From contig CAZQHZ010000013.1 in assembly GCA_964593285.1 (NCBI GenBank), forward strand, positions 1 to 37,686: a DNA stretch of 37,686 bases, written 5' to 3'. The stretch is from an uncultured Methanosarcinales archaeon. Lineage in GTDB: Archaea > Nanobdellota > Nanobdellia > Woesearchaeales > DSVV01. The translations under genes and the position numbers were made by a program. Below, piece after piece: positions 27,888 through 37,338 of this stretch (its first letter is position 1; every line of letters begins with the position of its first letter). The notes under the pieces were generated by a model. It was not told the origin of the DNA. It did not search any database and saw only the letters and a program-made list of their open reading frames with translations.

Positions 27888-29357
27888 ATGGAAAATAATA
27901 AAAAAATAAATTTATTTATTCTTAGTTATTCTAAAAAAAATATATGTTTTAACACAAAAAATTTTAAAAATAACATAAAAGAAATTATTAATTTAAAAAA
28001 AAATAAAATAAAATTTGAAATCAAAATAATTATTTATAAACAAAATTATAAATTATTACCAAAAATTTCAAAATTTATTGAAAAATTAAATCCTACAAAA
28101 ATAATTTTTGAATTCATAAATTCTGATAAAATTAAATCAAATCAAATAAACGAATTAGTAACTTATAAAACACTAATTATCCCTTATATCGAAGAATCTA
28201 TTAATTATCTAAAAGATATACGAAGTGAAATTATAATAAAAAATATTCCATATTGTCTTATAACTTCTAAAGCAGGATATATAGAAAAAAATTGTAAAAA
28301 AAATAAATTTATATCAGATGAATGTATTGGGTGTTTTTATAAAAATAGTTGTCCTAAAATAAAAAAAAATTATGCAAAAAATATTTCCCAAAATGAAATT
28401 AAAAAAATAACTTTCACTAATAATACCAATAGTGTAGTTGCTAATCTTAGACTTGATTTAAATTGTAATGCAGATTGTCTATTTTGCACAGTTGCAAATG
28501 ATCATGAAAAAAAAATGACTACAAATCAAGCAAAAAATATGCTTTTTTCTTTCAAAATGAATGGATTTAACAGAGTAACAATAACTGGTGGTGAACCAAC
28601 TTTAAGAGATGATTTAATAGAGATACTAAGATGTGCAAAATTAAATGAATTAAAAGTTGATTTACAAACAAATGCAATACTTTTAGAAAACAAAAATCTT
28701 GTAAAAAAAATAAAAAAAGAAAAAATATACCAATTTACAATTGGTTTTCCATCGCACATCGAAAAAAAATATAATTATTTAACTAAAACTAAAGCATATA
28801 AAAAAGCATTAAAAGGAATTAAAAATTGTATTGAATTAAATGCAGGAATTATTTCATTTTATCATGTAATCAATAAAGAAAATTATAAAGATTTAATTAA
28901 ATTTATAGAATTTTCTCAAAAATTATCTAAAGACATAATTTTTGCATTTGCATTTTTAAGACCAAACGGAAATACACAAAAAAATAAAGAAATTGTTCCA
29001 ACATTAACTGAAATGAAACAACATATATACGATATGCTTAAGAAAACAAAAAACCAAAATCCACCCGCAATGCTAGAAGGAGTCCCATTATGTTTTATGA
29101 AAGGATATGAAAATAAATCTGCTGAAACTTATAGATTATTAGAAATGGCTCCTGTAAATTATTCAAGTGAAGGAAAAAAACAACATGAAGATATCCACAT
29201 GTTTATTTTTAAAAATTTAAAAAAAAAATCAAATAAATGTAATAAATGTAATTTAAATAAAATTTGTGCAGGTGTATGGCAAGAATATGCAGAAATTCAT
29301 GGTTTAAATGAATTAACACCAATAAAAAATAAAAAAATAGAGGATGTTTTTCAATAA
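27888..29357 (+). CDS. Radical SAM protein, HxsC-like, with an N-terminal degenerate/truncated second module
   Basis: CNADCLFC, ITGGEPTLRDD, LQTNA, GVPLC and CNKCNLNKICAGVWQEY. The N-terminal part retains only NIPYC and CIGCFYKNSCPKI. Confidence 0.9.
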   Translation: MENNKKINLFILSYSKKNICFNTKNFKNNIKEIINLKKNKIKFEIKIIIYKQNYKLLPKISKFIEKLNPTKIIFEFINSDKIKSNQINELVTYKTLIIPYIEESINYLKDIRSEIIIKNIPYCLITSKAGYIEKNCKKNKFISDECIGCFYKNSCPKIKKNYAKNISQNEIKKITFTNNTNSVVANLRLDLNCNADCLFCTVANDHEKKMTTNQAKNMLFSFKMNGFNRVTITGGEPTLRDDLIEILRCAKLNELKVDLQTNAILLENKNLVKKIKKEKIYQFTIGFPSHIEKKYNYLTKTKAYKKALKGIKNCIELNAGIISFYHVINKENYKDLIKFIEFSQKLSKDIIFAFAFLRPNGNTQKNKEIVPTLTEMKQHIYDMLKKTKNQNPPAMLEGVPLCFMKGYENKSAETYRLLEMAPVNYSSEGKKQHEDIHMFIFKNLKKKSNKCNKCNLNKICAGVWQEYAEIHGLNELTPIKNKKIEDVFQ

Positions 29358-30175
29358 TGGATTTTGGAATTATAAAAAAATGCAATAACAATTGTATCAT
29401 GTGTACAAATGTCATGCCTTATAAAGGTAAGGAAATAAAAAACAATGAAATAATTGATATGATTAAAAAAACAAAAGATAATACAATAATTATTACAGGA
29501 GGTGAACCAACTTTAAAAAAAAATTTAATACCAATTTTAAAATACATTAATCTAACAAAACCAAATGTCAATATTATACTAATAACTAATGCAAGATTTT
29601 TTTATTATGACAAAGTTATCAAGCATTTTTTAAAAATTAAAAAATTAAAAATAATAACAGAATTATATGCTTCTAATGAAAAATTACATGACAATATTAC
29701 CAAAACTAAAAATAGCTTTAAAGAAACATTTAAAGGAATTAAAAATTTAATTAATAACAAAATAGATGTAGAATTAAGGGTTGTAATCAATAAATTAAAT
29801 TATAAAGACACTCCTAGTTTAATCAAATTATATAATGAAGAGTTTGAAAAAGTTAATACAATAACTCTTTTTCCAATTGATTTCGTTGGAAATGCTGCAA
29901 TAAATTTTAATAAATTAAAATATACTTATAAAAAAATAACACCTTATATTGAAAAAGCAATAGATATATGTCCAAATAAAATAAATTTATACCATATTCC
30001 TTTTTGTACTATATCAAAAAAATATTGGAAAAACATACAATCAGTTACAGTAATTGAAAATAGAATTACATTCAGTAAATTATGCAAAAATTGCAAATTT
30101 GAAGATAAATGCCCGAGAATTTGGAAAAGTTATGCAAATAAAATTGGGTTACAAGAATTTAAAAAAATAATTTAA
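29357..30175 (+). CDS. Radical SAM protein, HxsC-like
   Basis: CNNNCIMC, ITGGEPT, ITNARFF, HDNITK...SFKET..GI.NL, VELRVVI.KLNY, HIPFC, CKNCKFEDKCPRIWKSY. Confidence 0.92.
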   Translation: MDFGIIKKCNNNCIMCTNVMPYKGKEIKNNEIIDMIKKTKDNTIIITGGEPTLKKNLIPILKYINLTKPNVNIILITNARFFYYDKVIKHFLKIKKLKIITELYASNEKLHDNITKTKNSFKETFKGIKNLINNKIDVELRVVINKLNYKDTPSLIKLYNEEFEKVNTITLFPIDFVGNAAINFNKLKYTYKKITPYIEKAIDICPNKINLYHIPFCTISKKYWKNIQSVTVIENRITFSKLCKNCKFEDKCPRIWKSYANKIGLQEFKKII

Positions 30176-30177
30176 AA

Positions 30178-32028
30178 ATGGACTTACCAAGAACAGATAT
30201 TAGATTAGGTTATTCATGTAACCACAATTGTATGTTTTGCTGTATTAGTGAACACAGAAAAGAAAATATTTCTACAAAAGAAGCCATAATTCAAATCAAA
30301 AAAGCAAAAAAATTTGGTAGTGAAAAAATAGTATTTACAGGAGGCGAGCCAACCATTAGAAAAGACATTATTAAGCTTGTTTCATATGCAAAAGAATTAA
30401 ATTTTAAAAAAATTTTAATAATTACAAATGGACAAATGTGTTCATATGAAAAATTTTTAGAAAAATTAGTACATGCTGGATTAAATGAATTATGTTTTTC
30501 AATACCACACTATAAAAAAGAAAAATATGAAAAATTAACACAAGTTAAAGAAAGTTTTAATAAATTAATTAAAGCAATCGATAATGCAAAAAAATATAAT
30601 TTACAAATTTCAACTATTACTACAATTAATAAATTAAACTATAAAGAACTACCACAAATAACAAATTATCTAATAAAATTAAATCAACATTTTAAAAAAT
30701 TTTTTTCTGAATTTGTGCTTATAAATCCAACAAATAATGCATGGAAATATCGAAACGAGCTAGTTCCAAGACTAACTATTATAAAACAATATATACATAA
30801 GTCCTTAGAAATTGCAAAACAAAATAATTTATATTTAAATATTGAAGGTGTCCCATTATGCTATATGGAAGGTTATTTTGCTAATGTTGTTGAATTTCAT
30901 ATGGCAAAAAAAAGAATGATGCTTGAAGATGGAAAAGAAAATAAAAAATATAACGAAAGCAGAATAAAGGAAGGAAAATCAAAATCTAAAAATTGTAAAT
31001 CATGCAAATATGATAATAAATGCGAAGGTGTCTGGAATGGTTATGTTAATATATATGGAGATAATGAATTAAAATTAAATCGTAATAGTTATACCATTGG
31101 TATAGGTAATGCATGCAACCAAAAATGCATTATTTGTACACTTGATAAATTTTTAAAATCAGAAATTAAAAATTTTAAAGAAAAACCATTCATTAATTAT
31201 GAAACTAATTCATATGGCCCAACTACAAATGAAATTTTAAATAAAATAAAAAAATTAAATTGTAATGAATTAACTTTTGGATGGCCTGAACCCACTTTAA
31301 GAAAAGATCTTCACAAATTAATTAAATTCGCAAGATTACAAAATATAAATAAAGTTATAATAAATACAAACGGTGTTAGATTAGAAGATAAAAATTATGT
31401 TAAAAAATTGAAAAAATTTGGTTTAACTAGTGTTTTGATATCTTTGCACTCACATAATGAAAAAAAATCTGAAGAAATATCACAAGTTAAAGGAAATTTC
31501 AAAAAAACATTAAAAGGTATTAAAAACTCAATAGAATACAGATTCAATGTAAATGTTGTACATGTCATTTTTTCAAAAAATTATAAAGAATTAATTAATT
31601 TTGTAAAATTTATTAATAATAATTTTAATAAAATAAACACAATTAATTTTGTTTTTATTAAACCAAACGATACAAATACTAGTAAAATAAAATATTTAAT
31701 TCCAAAATTAAAAGATATTAAAAAATACTTAAATGATGCATTAGATTATGCAACAAAAAATAAAATAAATTTTACTATTGCAAATATTCCAAATTGTTTT
31801 ATAAAAAACTATATAGAAAAAAATATACAATCAAATGAATTAAAAGAAATGAAATCAAACAACCCTTTTAATGATTGGATTAATAAAAGACTTAACCAAA
31901 ATGAAAAAGATGAATATGGATATAAAAATAAAAAATGTAATTTATGTAAGTTTAATAAATATTGTATAGGCTTAATAAAAGAATATTCAGAATTATATGG
32001 TACAGATGAATTAAAACCCATAATTTAA
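30178..32028 (+). CDS. Tandem double radical SAM protein (two HxsC-like domains)
   Basis: Domain 1: CNHNCMFC, FTGGEPT, GVPLC, CKSCKYDNKCEGVW. Domain 2: CNQKCIIC, FGWPEPT, NIPNC, CNLCKFNKYCIG. Confidence 0.92.
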   Translation: MDLPRTDIRLGYSCNHNCMFCCISEHRKENISTKEAIIQIKKAKKFGSEKIVFTGGEPTIRKDIIKLVSYAKELNFKKILIITNGQMCSYEKFLEKLVHAGLNELCFSIPHYKKEKYEKLTQVKESFNKLIKAIDNAKKYNLQISTITTINKLNYKELPQITNYLIKLNQHFKKFFSEFVLINPTNNAWKYRNELVPRLTIIKQYIHKSLEIAKQNNLYLNIEGVPLCYMEGYFANVVEFHMAKKRMMLEDGKENKKYNESRIKEGKSKSKNCKSCKYDNKCEGVWNGYVNIYGDNELKLNRNSYTIGIGNACNQKCIICTLDKFLKSEIKNFKEKPFINYETNSYGPTTNEILNKIKKLNCNELTFGWPEPTLRKDLHKLIKFARLQNINKVIINTNGVRLEDKNYVKKLKKFGLTSVLISLHSHNEKKSEEISQVKGNFKKTLKGIKNSIEYRFNVNVVHVIFSKNYKELINFVKFINNNFNKINTINFVFIKPNDTNTSKIKYLIPKLKDIKKYLNDALDYATKNKINFTIANIPNCFIKNYIEKNIQSNELKEMKSNNPFNDWINKRLNQNEKDEYGYKNKKCNLCKFNKYCIGLIKEYSELYGTDELKPII

Positions 32029-32030
32029 AA

Positions 32031-32924
32031 ATGAAAAAAATAGGATACACTACAGAAATTATAAAACAAAAAGAAGTAGTTATCAATTTAACTGAAAAAT
32101 GTAATAATATGTGCTTAAATTGCCCAAATTCTATTTCTTTTTTAAAAAATAAAATTAATAAAAATGAAGTTGAAAAATTTATAAAAGAAAATATTAATAA
32201 AAATACAGATAGAATAACGTTAATTGGAGGAGAACCAACAATTGCAAATAATTTTTTTGAAATTATTAACAAAATTAAAAAAATAAATAAAAACATAATA
32301 ATTCAAATAAATAGTAATGGAAGAATGTTTTATTATGAATCATTTATTAAAAAATTATTAAAATATGACATAAATAAATTTGACATACACATTGCATTAT
32401 ATGGATCAAACTCAAAAATACATGATGAAATTACACAGGTGAAAAACAGTTTTAAACAAACAATTATTGGTATACAAAAATTATTAAATCATGAATTTAA
32501 AATTCAAATAAGAATAATTGTTTCTAAACTAAATTATAAAGATTTAATAAATTTTCCAAAATTAATTAATTTTAAATTCAAAAATAAAATCGCAATGTTT
32601 AATTTTGTAGGTATGGATATAATTGGAAATGCAAAAATAAATGAAAAAAAACTTGCAATAAGTCATTTAGATATTGCACCATATATTGAAAAAACAATAA
32701 AACAACTAAAAGAACAAAATATTAAATGCAAAATTCATTTGCTACCAAAAAATATATTCAAAAAAGAATATCATAAATATGCTATCAAAAGTGGATGCGT
32801 TGATGGAGCATTTATTGAATCTTACAAATGTAGCGAATGTAGTTATTATAATGAATGCCCAAAATTATTAAAAAGTTATGTTAAAATATTTAAAAATAAA
32901 GAACACTTACCTTGTATTTTATAA
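32031..32924 (+). CDS. Radical SAM protein, HxsC-like
   Basis: CNNMCLNC, LIGGEPT, NSNGRMF, HDEITQVKNSFKQT, CSECSYYNECPK. Confidence 0.92.
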   Translation: MKKIGYTTEIIKQKEVVINLTEKCNNMCLNCPNSISFLKNKINKNEVEKFIKENINKNTDRITLIGGEPTIANNFFEIINKIKKINKNIIIQINSNGRMFYYESFIKKLLKYDINKFDIHIALYGSNSKIHDEITQVKNSFKQTIIGIQKLLNHEFKIQIRIIVSKLNYKDLINFPKLINFKFKNKIAMFNFVGMDIIGNAKINEKKLAISHLDIAPYIEKTIKQLKEQNIKCKIHLLPKNIFKKEYHKYAIKSGCVDGAFIESYKCSECSYYNECPKLLKSYVKIFKNKEHLPCIL

Positions 32925-32936
32925 AAATAATAAAAA

Positions 32937-35198
32937 ATGGAATTAAACAAAAAATTAAAATTAATCAAAGAAATAATAAAACAAAAAAAATATATCTCAA
33001 TGCAAGAAATAAGAGAAAATTTATTAAATAATTGGGAAGAAATTAATTTTAAAAAAATAAAAAATTATTGGAAAGAAATTCTTAAAAATACTAACAAAAA
33101 TCATAAAATTAACCTATACATACATATCCCATTTTGTAAAACAAAATGTTTTTACTGTAGAGAAGATTCAACAGAAATAACAAAAAAATTTAATGAAAAA
33201 AAATATTTAGAATATTTAATAAAATACATTAACAACTTTTTACCAATATTTAAAAACCACACAATAAATTCTTTACACATAGGCGGTGGAACACCAAGTA
33301 TTTTATCAACAGATTCTATTAAAAAATTATTAAATAAAATTAATGATTTTGATTTTGATGAAAATGCTCAAAAAACATTTGAATTAAATCCAAATTCAAT
33401 AAATAAAAATAAATTAAATATTCTTAAAAAAAATGGTATTAATAGAATTAGTTTTGGAATTCAATCATTAAATGAAAAAATTTTAAAAAACGTAGGTAGA
33501 ATAAATCCACCAATAAAGCAATTAAAAGAAATTATAGATTATTCAACAAAATTAAATTTTAATGAAATCAATGTTGATTTAATACTTGGTTTAAAAAATG
33601 AAAACCAAGATTTATTTTTAAAATCATTTGAAAAAGTATGTCAAATGAAACCAAAACGAATATATGTTTATCAATTTATGATTCCTAATAAAAATTATAT
33701 TAAAAATTTTTATAACAATAACATTGATATTTTTAAAAAAGAAATTAATAAATTATATTCTGAAAAATTAAATAAAAAATTAATTACAATATCAAAAAAA
33801 TATGGATATACTAGCCCAAGTAATATAATAATAAAAAATAAAATTGGATTTACATTTAATTTAAAAAATAAAGAAACTGAAAAAACAAACCATTATGAAT
33901 ACATAACACCATATCCTTCATCTTGCTTAGGAATTGGCATTAAATCAAGATCACGAATCAATAAAATAATAGAATATAAAGATAATGGAGAAAAAATTAT
34001 TGGTTCAAAAATTAATAAAAATTTTGAAATAATTACCTTGTTGATAAGAAAAGTAATGCAAAAAACAAATATTGACTTAAAAGAAATAAATAATTTTTAT
34101 GATATAGATTTATTAAAAAAATATAAAAATGAAATAAATTATTTAAAAAATATAAAAATTATAAAAATAGAAAATAATCAAATAATTTTAAAAAAATATG
34201 AAGAGAAATACCTTTTTATATTGTTATTTTTGAATAATGAAAATTTAATGAAAATTTTCCCAAACTTAAAAAAAATACTTAGAATAAATAATTTAATTGA
34301 CAAAAATAATGAGAAAAATAATAATAATAATAATAACTATGTTAAAATAGATGTTAGTGGTAATCAAAAAGCAATAATGATTTCAAAACTATGCAACAAC
34401 ATATGCTTAATGTGTCATTCAAAAACAAATTATACAAAAGATTACACAACTAAAGAAATTTTAAATTCGCTTAAAAAAATTGATGGTTCTGAAACAAATA
34501 TTCAATTAAGTGGTGGTGAACCAACAATTAGAAAAGATTTATTTATAATTTTAAAAGAACTTAAAAAAAATAATAAAACAGCAAAAATTCAAATAAATAC
34601 TAATGCACGAATGTTTTATTACAAGAATTTCACAAAGAATTGTTCTAATTTAGTTGATTGTATAATGACAGAAATACATGGACTTGAAAAGACTCATGAT
34701 AAAATTACTCAAGTTAAAGGAAGTTTCAAACAAACAATTAAAGGAATAAATAACTTAATAACAGAAAAAATAGAAGTTATAATAGTAGTTTTAATAAATA
34801 AATTAAATTATAAAGAGCTTCCAAAAATTGCAAAATTCATTAAAACTAATTTTCCAAATTCTATAATTTCTTTTCAATATACTTGGTTTGTAGAAAATGC
34901 CTTAAAAAATAAAGACCTTCTTTTTATTAAAGTTAATAAAATTGCACCTTATTTAGAAAAAACTGCAGATATATTAAAAAAAAATTTTAATTTTATGAAC
35001 TTTCCAAGATGTATTTTTAATAAAAAATATAGAAAACATATAATTAAACAAAGTTTTATAATAGATGATAGAATGTCATACCCAATTAAAGAATGCAATA
35101 TATGTTTATTTAAAAAAAAATGTAATGGGATATGGAGCAATTATAAAAATTTAGCTGATAATTTAAAAGAATTTAAACCAATAAATAAATTAAAGTAA
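32937..35198 (+). CDS. Fusion of a HemN/class C-like radical SAM domain and an HxsC-like radical SAM domain
   Basis: N-terminal: LYIHIPFCKTKCFYC, IGGGTPS, ELNP, NRISFGIQS, NVDLILGL. Poly-Asn linker. C-terminal: CNNICLMC, LSGGEPT, NTNARMF, FPRC, CNICLFKKKCNGIW. Confidence 0.92.
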   Translation: MELNKKLKLIKEIIKQKKYISMQEIRENLLNNWEEINFKKIKNYWKEILKNTNKNHKINLYIHIPFCKTKCFYCREDSTEITKKFNEKKYLEYLIKYINNFLPIFKNHTINSLHIGGGTPSILSTDSIKKLLNKINDFDFDENAQKTFELNPNSINKNKLNILKKNGINRISFGIQSLNEKILKNVGRINPPIKQLKEIIDYSTKLNFNEINVDLILGLKNENQDLFLKSFEKVCQMKPKRIYVYQFMIPNKNYIKNFYNNNIDIFKKEINKLYSEKLNKKLITISKKYGYTSPSNIIIKNKIGFTFNLKNKETEKTNHYEYITPYPSSCLGIGIKSRSRINKIIEYKDNGEKIIGSKINKNFEIITLLIRKVMQKTNIDLKEINNFYDIDLLKKYKNEINYLKNIKIIKIENNQIILKKYEEKYLFILLFLNNENLMKIFPNLKKILRINNLIDKNNEKNNNNNNNYVKIDVSGNQKAIMISKLCNNICLMCHSKTNYTKDYTTKEILNSLKKIDGSETNIQLSGGEPTIRKDLFIILKELKKNNKTAKIQINTNARMFYYKNFTKNCSNLVDCIMTEIHGLEKTHDKITQVKGSFKQTIKGINNLITEKIEVIIVVLINKLNYKELPKIAKFIKTNFPNSIISFQYTWFVENALKNKDLLFIKVNKIAPYLEKTADILKKNFNFMNFPRCIFNKKYRKHIIKQSFIIDDRMSYPIKECNICLFKKKCNGIWSNYKNLADNLKEFKPINKLK

Positions 35199-35370
35199 TA
35201 TATATAAGCGTTTTTTATAAAAATAAATTACTAATAAAAAATTTTAGAAATAAAAATATTCAATTTAGTATCAAACAAGTTTAAATAATTTATAAATAAA
35301 ATTTATAATAACTCCAAATTACTCTATAATATTAAAAAAGATAAAGCAATTTTACTTGAATTTCAATAAA

Positions 35371-36399
35371 ATGAAAATACAAAATAACTTAGTTGATATA
35401 AAAATTAATCAAATAAAATGTAATATTTGTGAAAAGTGTGTGAATATATGTCCACAAAAAATTTTTAAAAAAACCAATAATAAAATAATTATTAATAATA
35501 TAAATAGTTGTATTGGATGCCTTTCATGTTCCAAAAGTTGTCCAACAAATGCAATAAAAATTGAAAATCATAAATTTAAAAAATTTTTTATTGCAAAAAA
35601 ATGCAATAATAATTGTATAATGTGCTTTGAACATGATGTAAATATTAATGATGAACATACAACAAAAGAAATCTTAAAAGAGATAAATACAAATATTAAA
35701 GGAAACGAAGAAATGATTATACTTAGTGGTGCAGAAATTACATTAAAAAAAGACTTATTTAAAATACTTTATACAATTAAAAAAAAAAATTCAACTGCAC
35801 AAATTTTTCTCCCAACAAATGGCAGAATGTTTTGTTATAAAAATTATATTGATAAATTTAATAAATTAAATCTTGATAATGTAAAAATAACAATTTCAAT
35901 TTTGGGTTCAAAAAAAGAAACACATGATAAAATTACTCAAGTAATTGGAAGTTTTAACGAAAGCATTAAAGGAATAAAAAATCTTTTAAATTTTAATTAT
36001 AATGTTAACTTAAACATAACTATTTTAAAAAAAAATTACAAAGAAATATTAGATATATGTAAAATTTTTTTACCAATTGGAATTAAAACAATACAACTTG
36101 CAATTGTTGAACCAAATGGAAAAGCAAAATTAAAATTTAAAGAAATGATTCCACAGATTAAATATTTAAAACCCATAATACAAAAAGCCCTAAAATATGG
36201 AAATGGAAAAGTTAAAACAAAAAACATTCCAAATTGTATTTTGGGTAAATATTATAATTTAAAATATTTCAATACTCAAAACCATTTAAAAAAAAAAATA
36301 TCAAAATGTTTAAAATGTAAATTTTATGATGATTGCGATGGATATTGGAAAGAATACTTTCAAATATATGGAAATGATGAAATAAAACCAATTAATTAA
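35371..36399 (+). CDS. 2[4Fe-4S] ferredoxin fused to an HxsC-like radical SAM domain
   Basis: CNICEKCVNICP and CIGCLSCSKSCP, then CNNNCIMC, LSGAEIT, TNGRMF, NIPNC, CLKCKFYDDCDGYW. ATG at 35371 preferred over TTG at 35356. Confidence 0.92.
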   Translation: MKIQNNLVDIKINQIKCNICEKCVNICPQKIFKKTNNKIIINNINSCIGCLSCSKSCPTNAIKIENHKFKKFFIAKKCNNNCIMCFEHDVNINDEHTTKEILKEINTNIKGNEEMIILSGAEITLKKDLFKILYTIKKKNSTAQIFLPTNGRMFCYKNYIDKFNKLNLDNVKITISILGSKKETHDKITQVIGSFNESIKGIKNLLNFNYNVNLNITILKKNYKEILDICKIFLPIGIKTIQLAIVEPNGKAKLKFKEMIPQIKYLKPIIQKALKYGNGKVKTKNIPNCILGKYYNLKYFNTQNHLKKKISKCLKCKFYDDCDGYWKEYFQIYGNDEIKPIN

Positions 36400-36407
36400 A
36401 TTAAAAA

Positions 36408-37271
36408 ATGAAAAATATATATATATTACAAATAACTAAAAATTGCAATCAAGATTGTATATATTGTTGTAGAGATGTACAAACAAAAGAAAATTCATTA
36501 CTAGAAATCAAAAAAAATATTTTAAATTTAAAAAATATTGAACAAATAATAATAACAGGTGGAGAACCAACCTTAAGAAAAGATTTACCAGAAATTATCA
36601 AATATATAAATAATTTTTCTTATAAAATCCATCTACAAACAAATGGAATTAATTTTAAAGATTTAAATTATTGCAAAAAAATTGTAAATAATGGACTTAA
36701 TTCTGCTTTAGTTGCACTACCAACTTTTAATAATGAAACTTGTAATAAAATTACAAATAAAAAAAATATTCTAAAAGATAAAATAAAAGGAATAAAAAAT
36801 CTTGCTAAATTTTTTAGATTAAAATTAGGTGTTGTTTTTGTACCAACCAATTTAAATTATAAAGAATTTATAATTTATGTGAAAAGAATTTCTAAAATTT
36901 CAAGAGATATATACATTCAAGTTAGTTATCCCATAAAATCATACAAAAAAAAGAATTATAAAATGGTTAAATACAAAGAATTGAGCAAATATATTAATGA
37001 AGGTGCAAAAATTTGCAAAGAAAAAAATATTGAATTAAGAATAGATGGTATTCCTATATGTTATATACCAGATTTGATAAATTATGTTTCAGATTTAAAA
37101 ACAAGAAGATATGAATTTACACAAGATTTTATAGAGCAAAAAAGAAAAAAGTATGACTCTAACAATTATAAAGGTAAAGAACATATAAAAATAAAAAAAT
37201 GTAAAAAATGTAATTTTAACCAGTTATGCAAAGGTTTTTACAAACATTATGCTGATAAATTTATGAAATAA
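36408..37271 (+). CDS. Radical SAM protein, HxsC-like
   Basis: CNQDCIYC, ITGGEPTLRKD, LQTNG, GIPIC, CKKCNFNQLCKGFYKHY. Confidence 0.92.
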   Translation: MKNIYILQITKNCNQDCIYCCRDVQTKENSLLEIKKNILNLKNIEQIIITGGEPTLRKDLPEIIKYINNFSYKIHLQTNGINFKDLNYCKKIVNNGLNSALVALPTFNNETCNKITNKKNILKDKIKGIKNLAKFFRLKLGVVFVPTNLNYKEFIIYVKRISKISRDIYIQVSYPIKSYKKKNYKMVKYKELSKYINEGAKICKEKNIELRIDGIPICYIPDLINYVSDLKTRRYEFTQDFIEQKRKKYDSNNYKGKEHIKIKKCKKCNFNQLCKGFYKHYADKFMK

Positions 37272-37338
37272 TTACGAAATAACACAAAATACTAAATAAA
37301 CAAAAAAATTTATAAATTAATTTTAATTTCAAAAATAT

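Noticed and set aside
32937..34300. hemN (heme biosynthesis) assignment
   Set aside because: The domain is fused to a second radical SAM within a modification-type cluster and no tetrapyrrole genes are nearby, so no gene symbol is given.
35199..35370. Hidden precursor peptide (HxsA-like) in the gap within the radical SAM cluster
   Set aside because: No credible ATG-initiated ORF or His-Xaa-Ser repeats seen here or in 37272-37338. It more likely holds an internal promoter.
2800..36850. Numerous short alternative ORFs (for example 2800-2985, 4578-4814, 7802-8101, 9198-9656, 25508-25786, 31952-32296, 36668-36850)
   Set aside because: They overlap well-supported genes, mostly antisense, and have the Ile/Phe/Leu/Ser-rich composition expected of shadow frames in AT-rich DNA. 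The His-rich 4578-4814 is the antisense of the Asp/Cys-rich segment.
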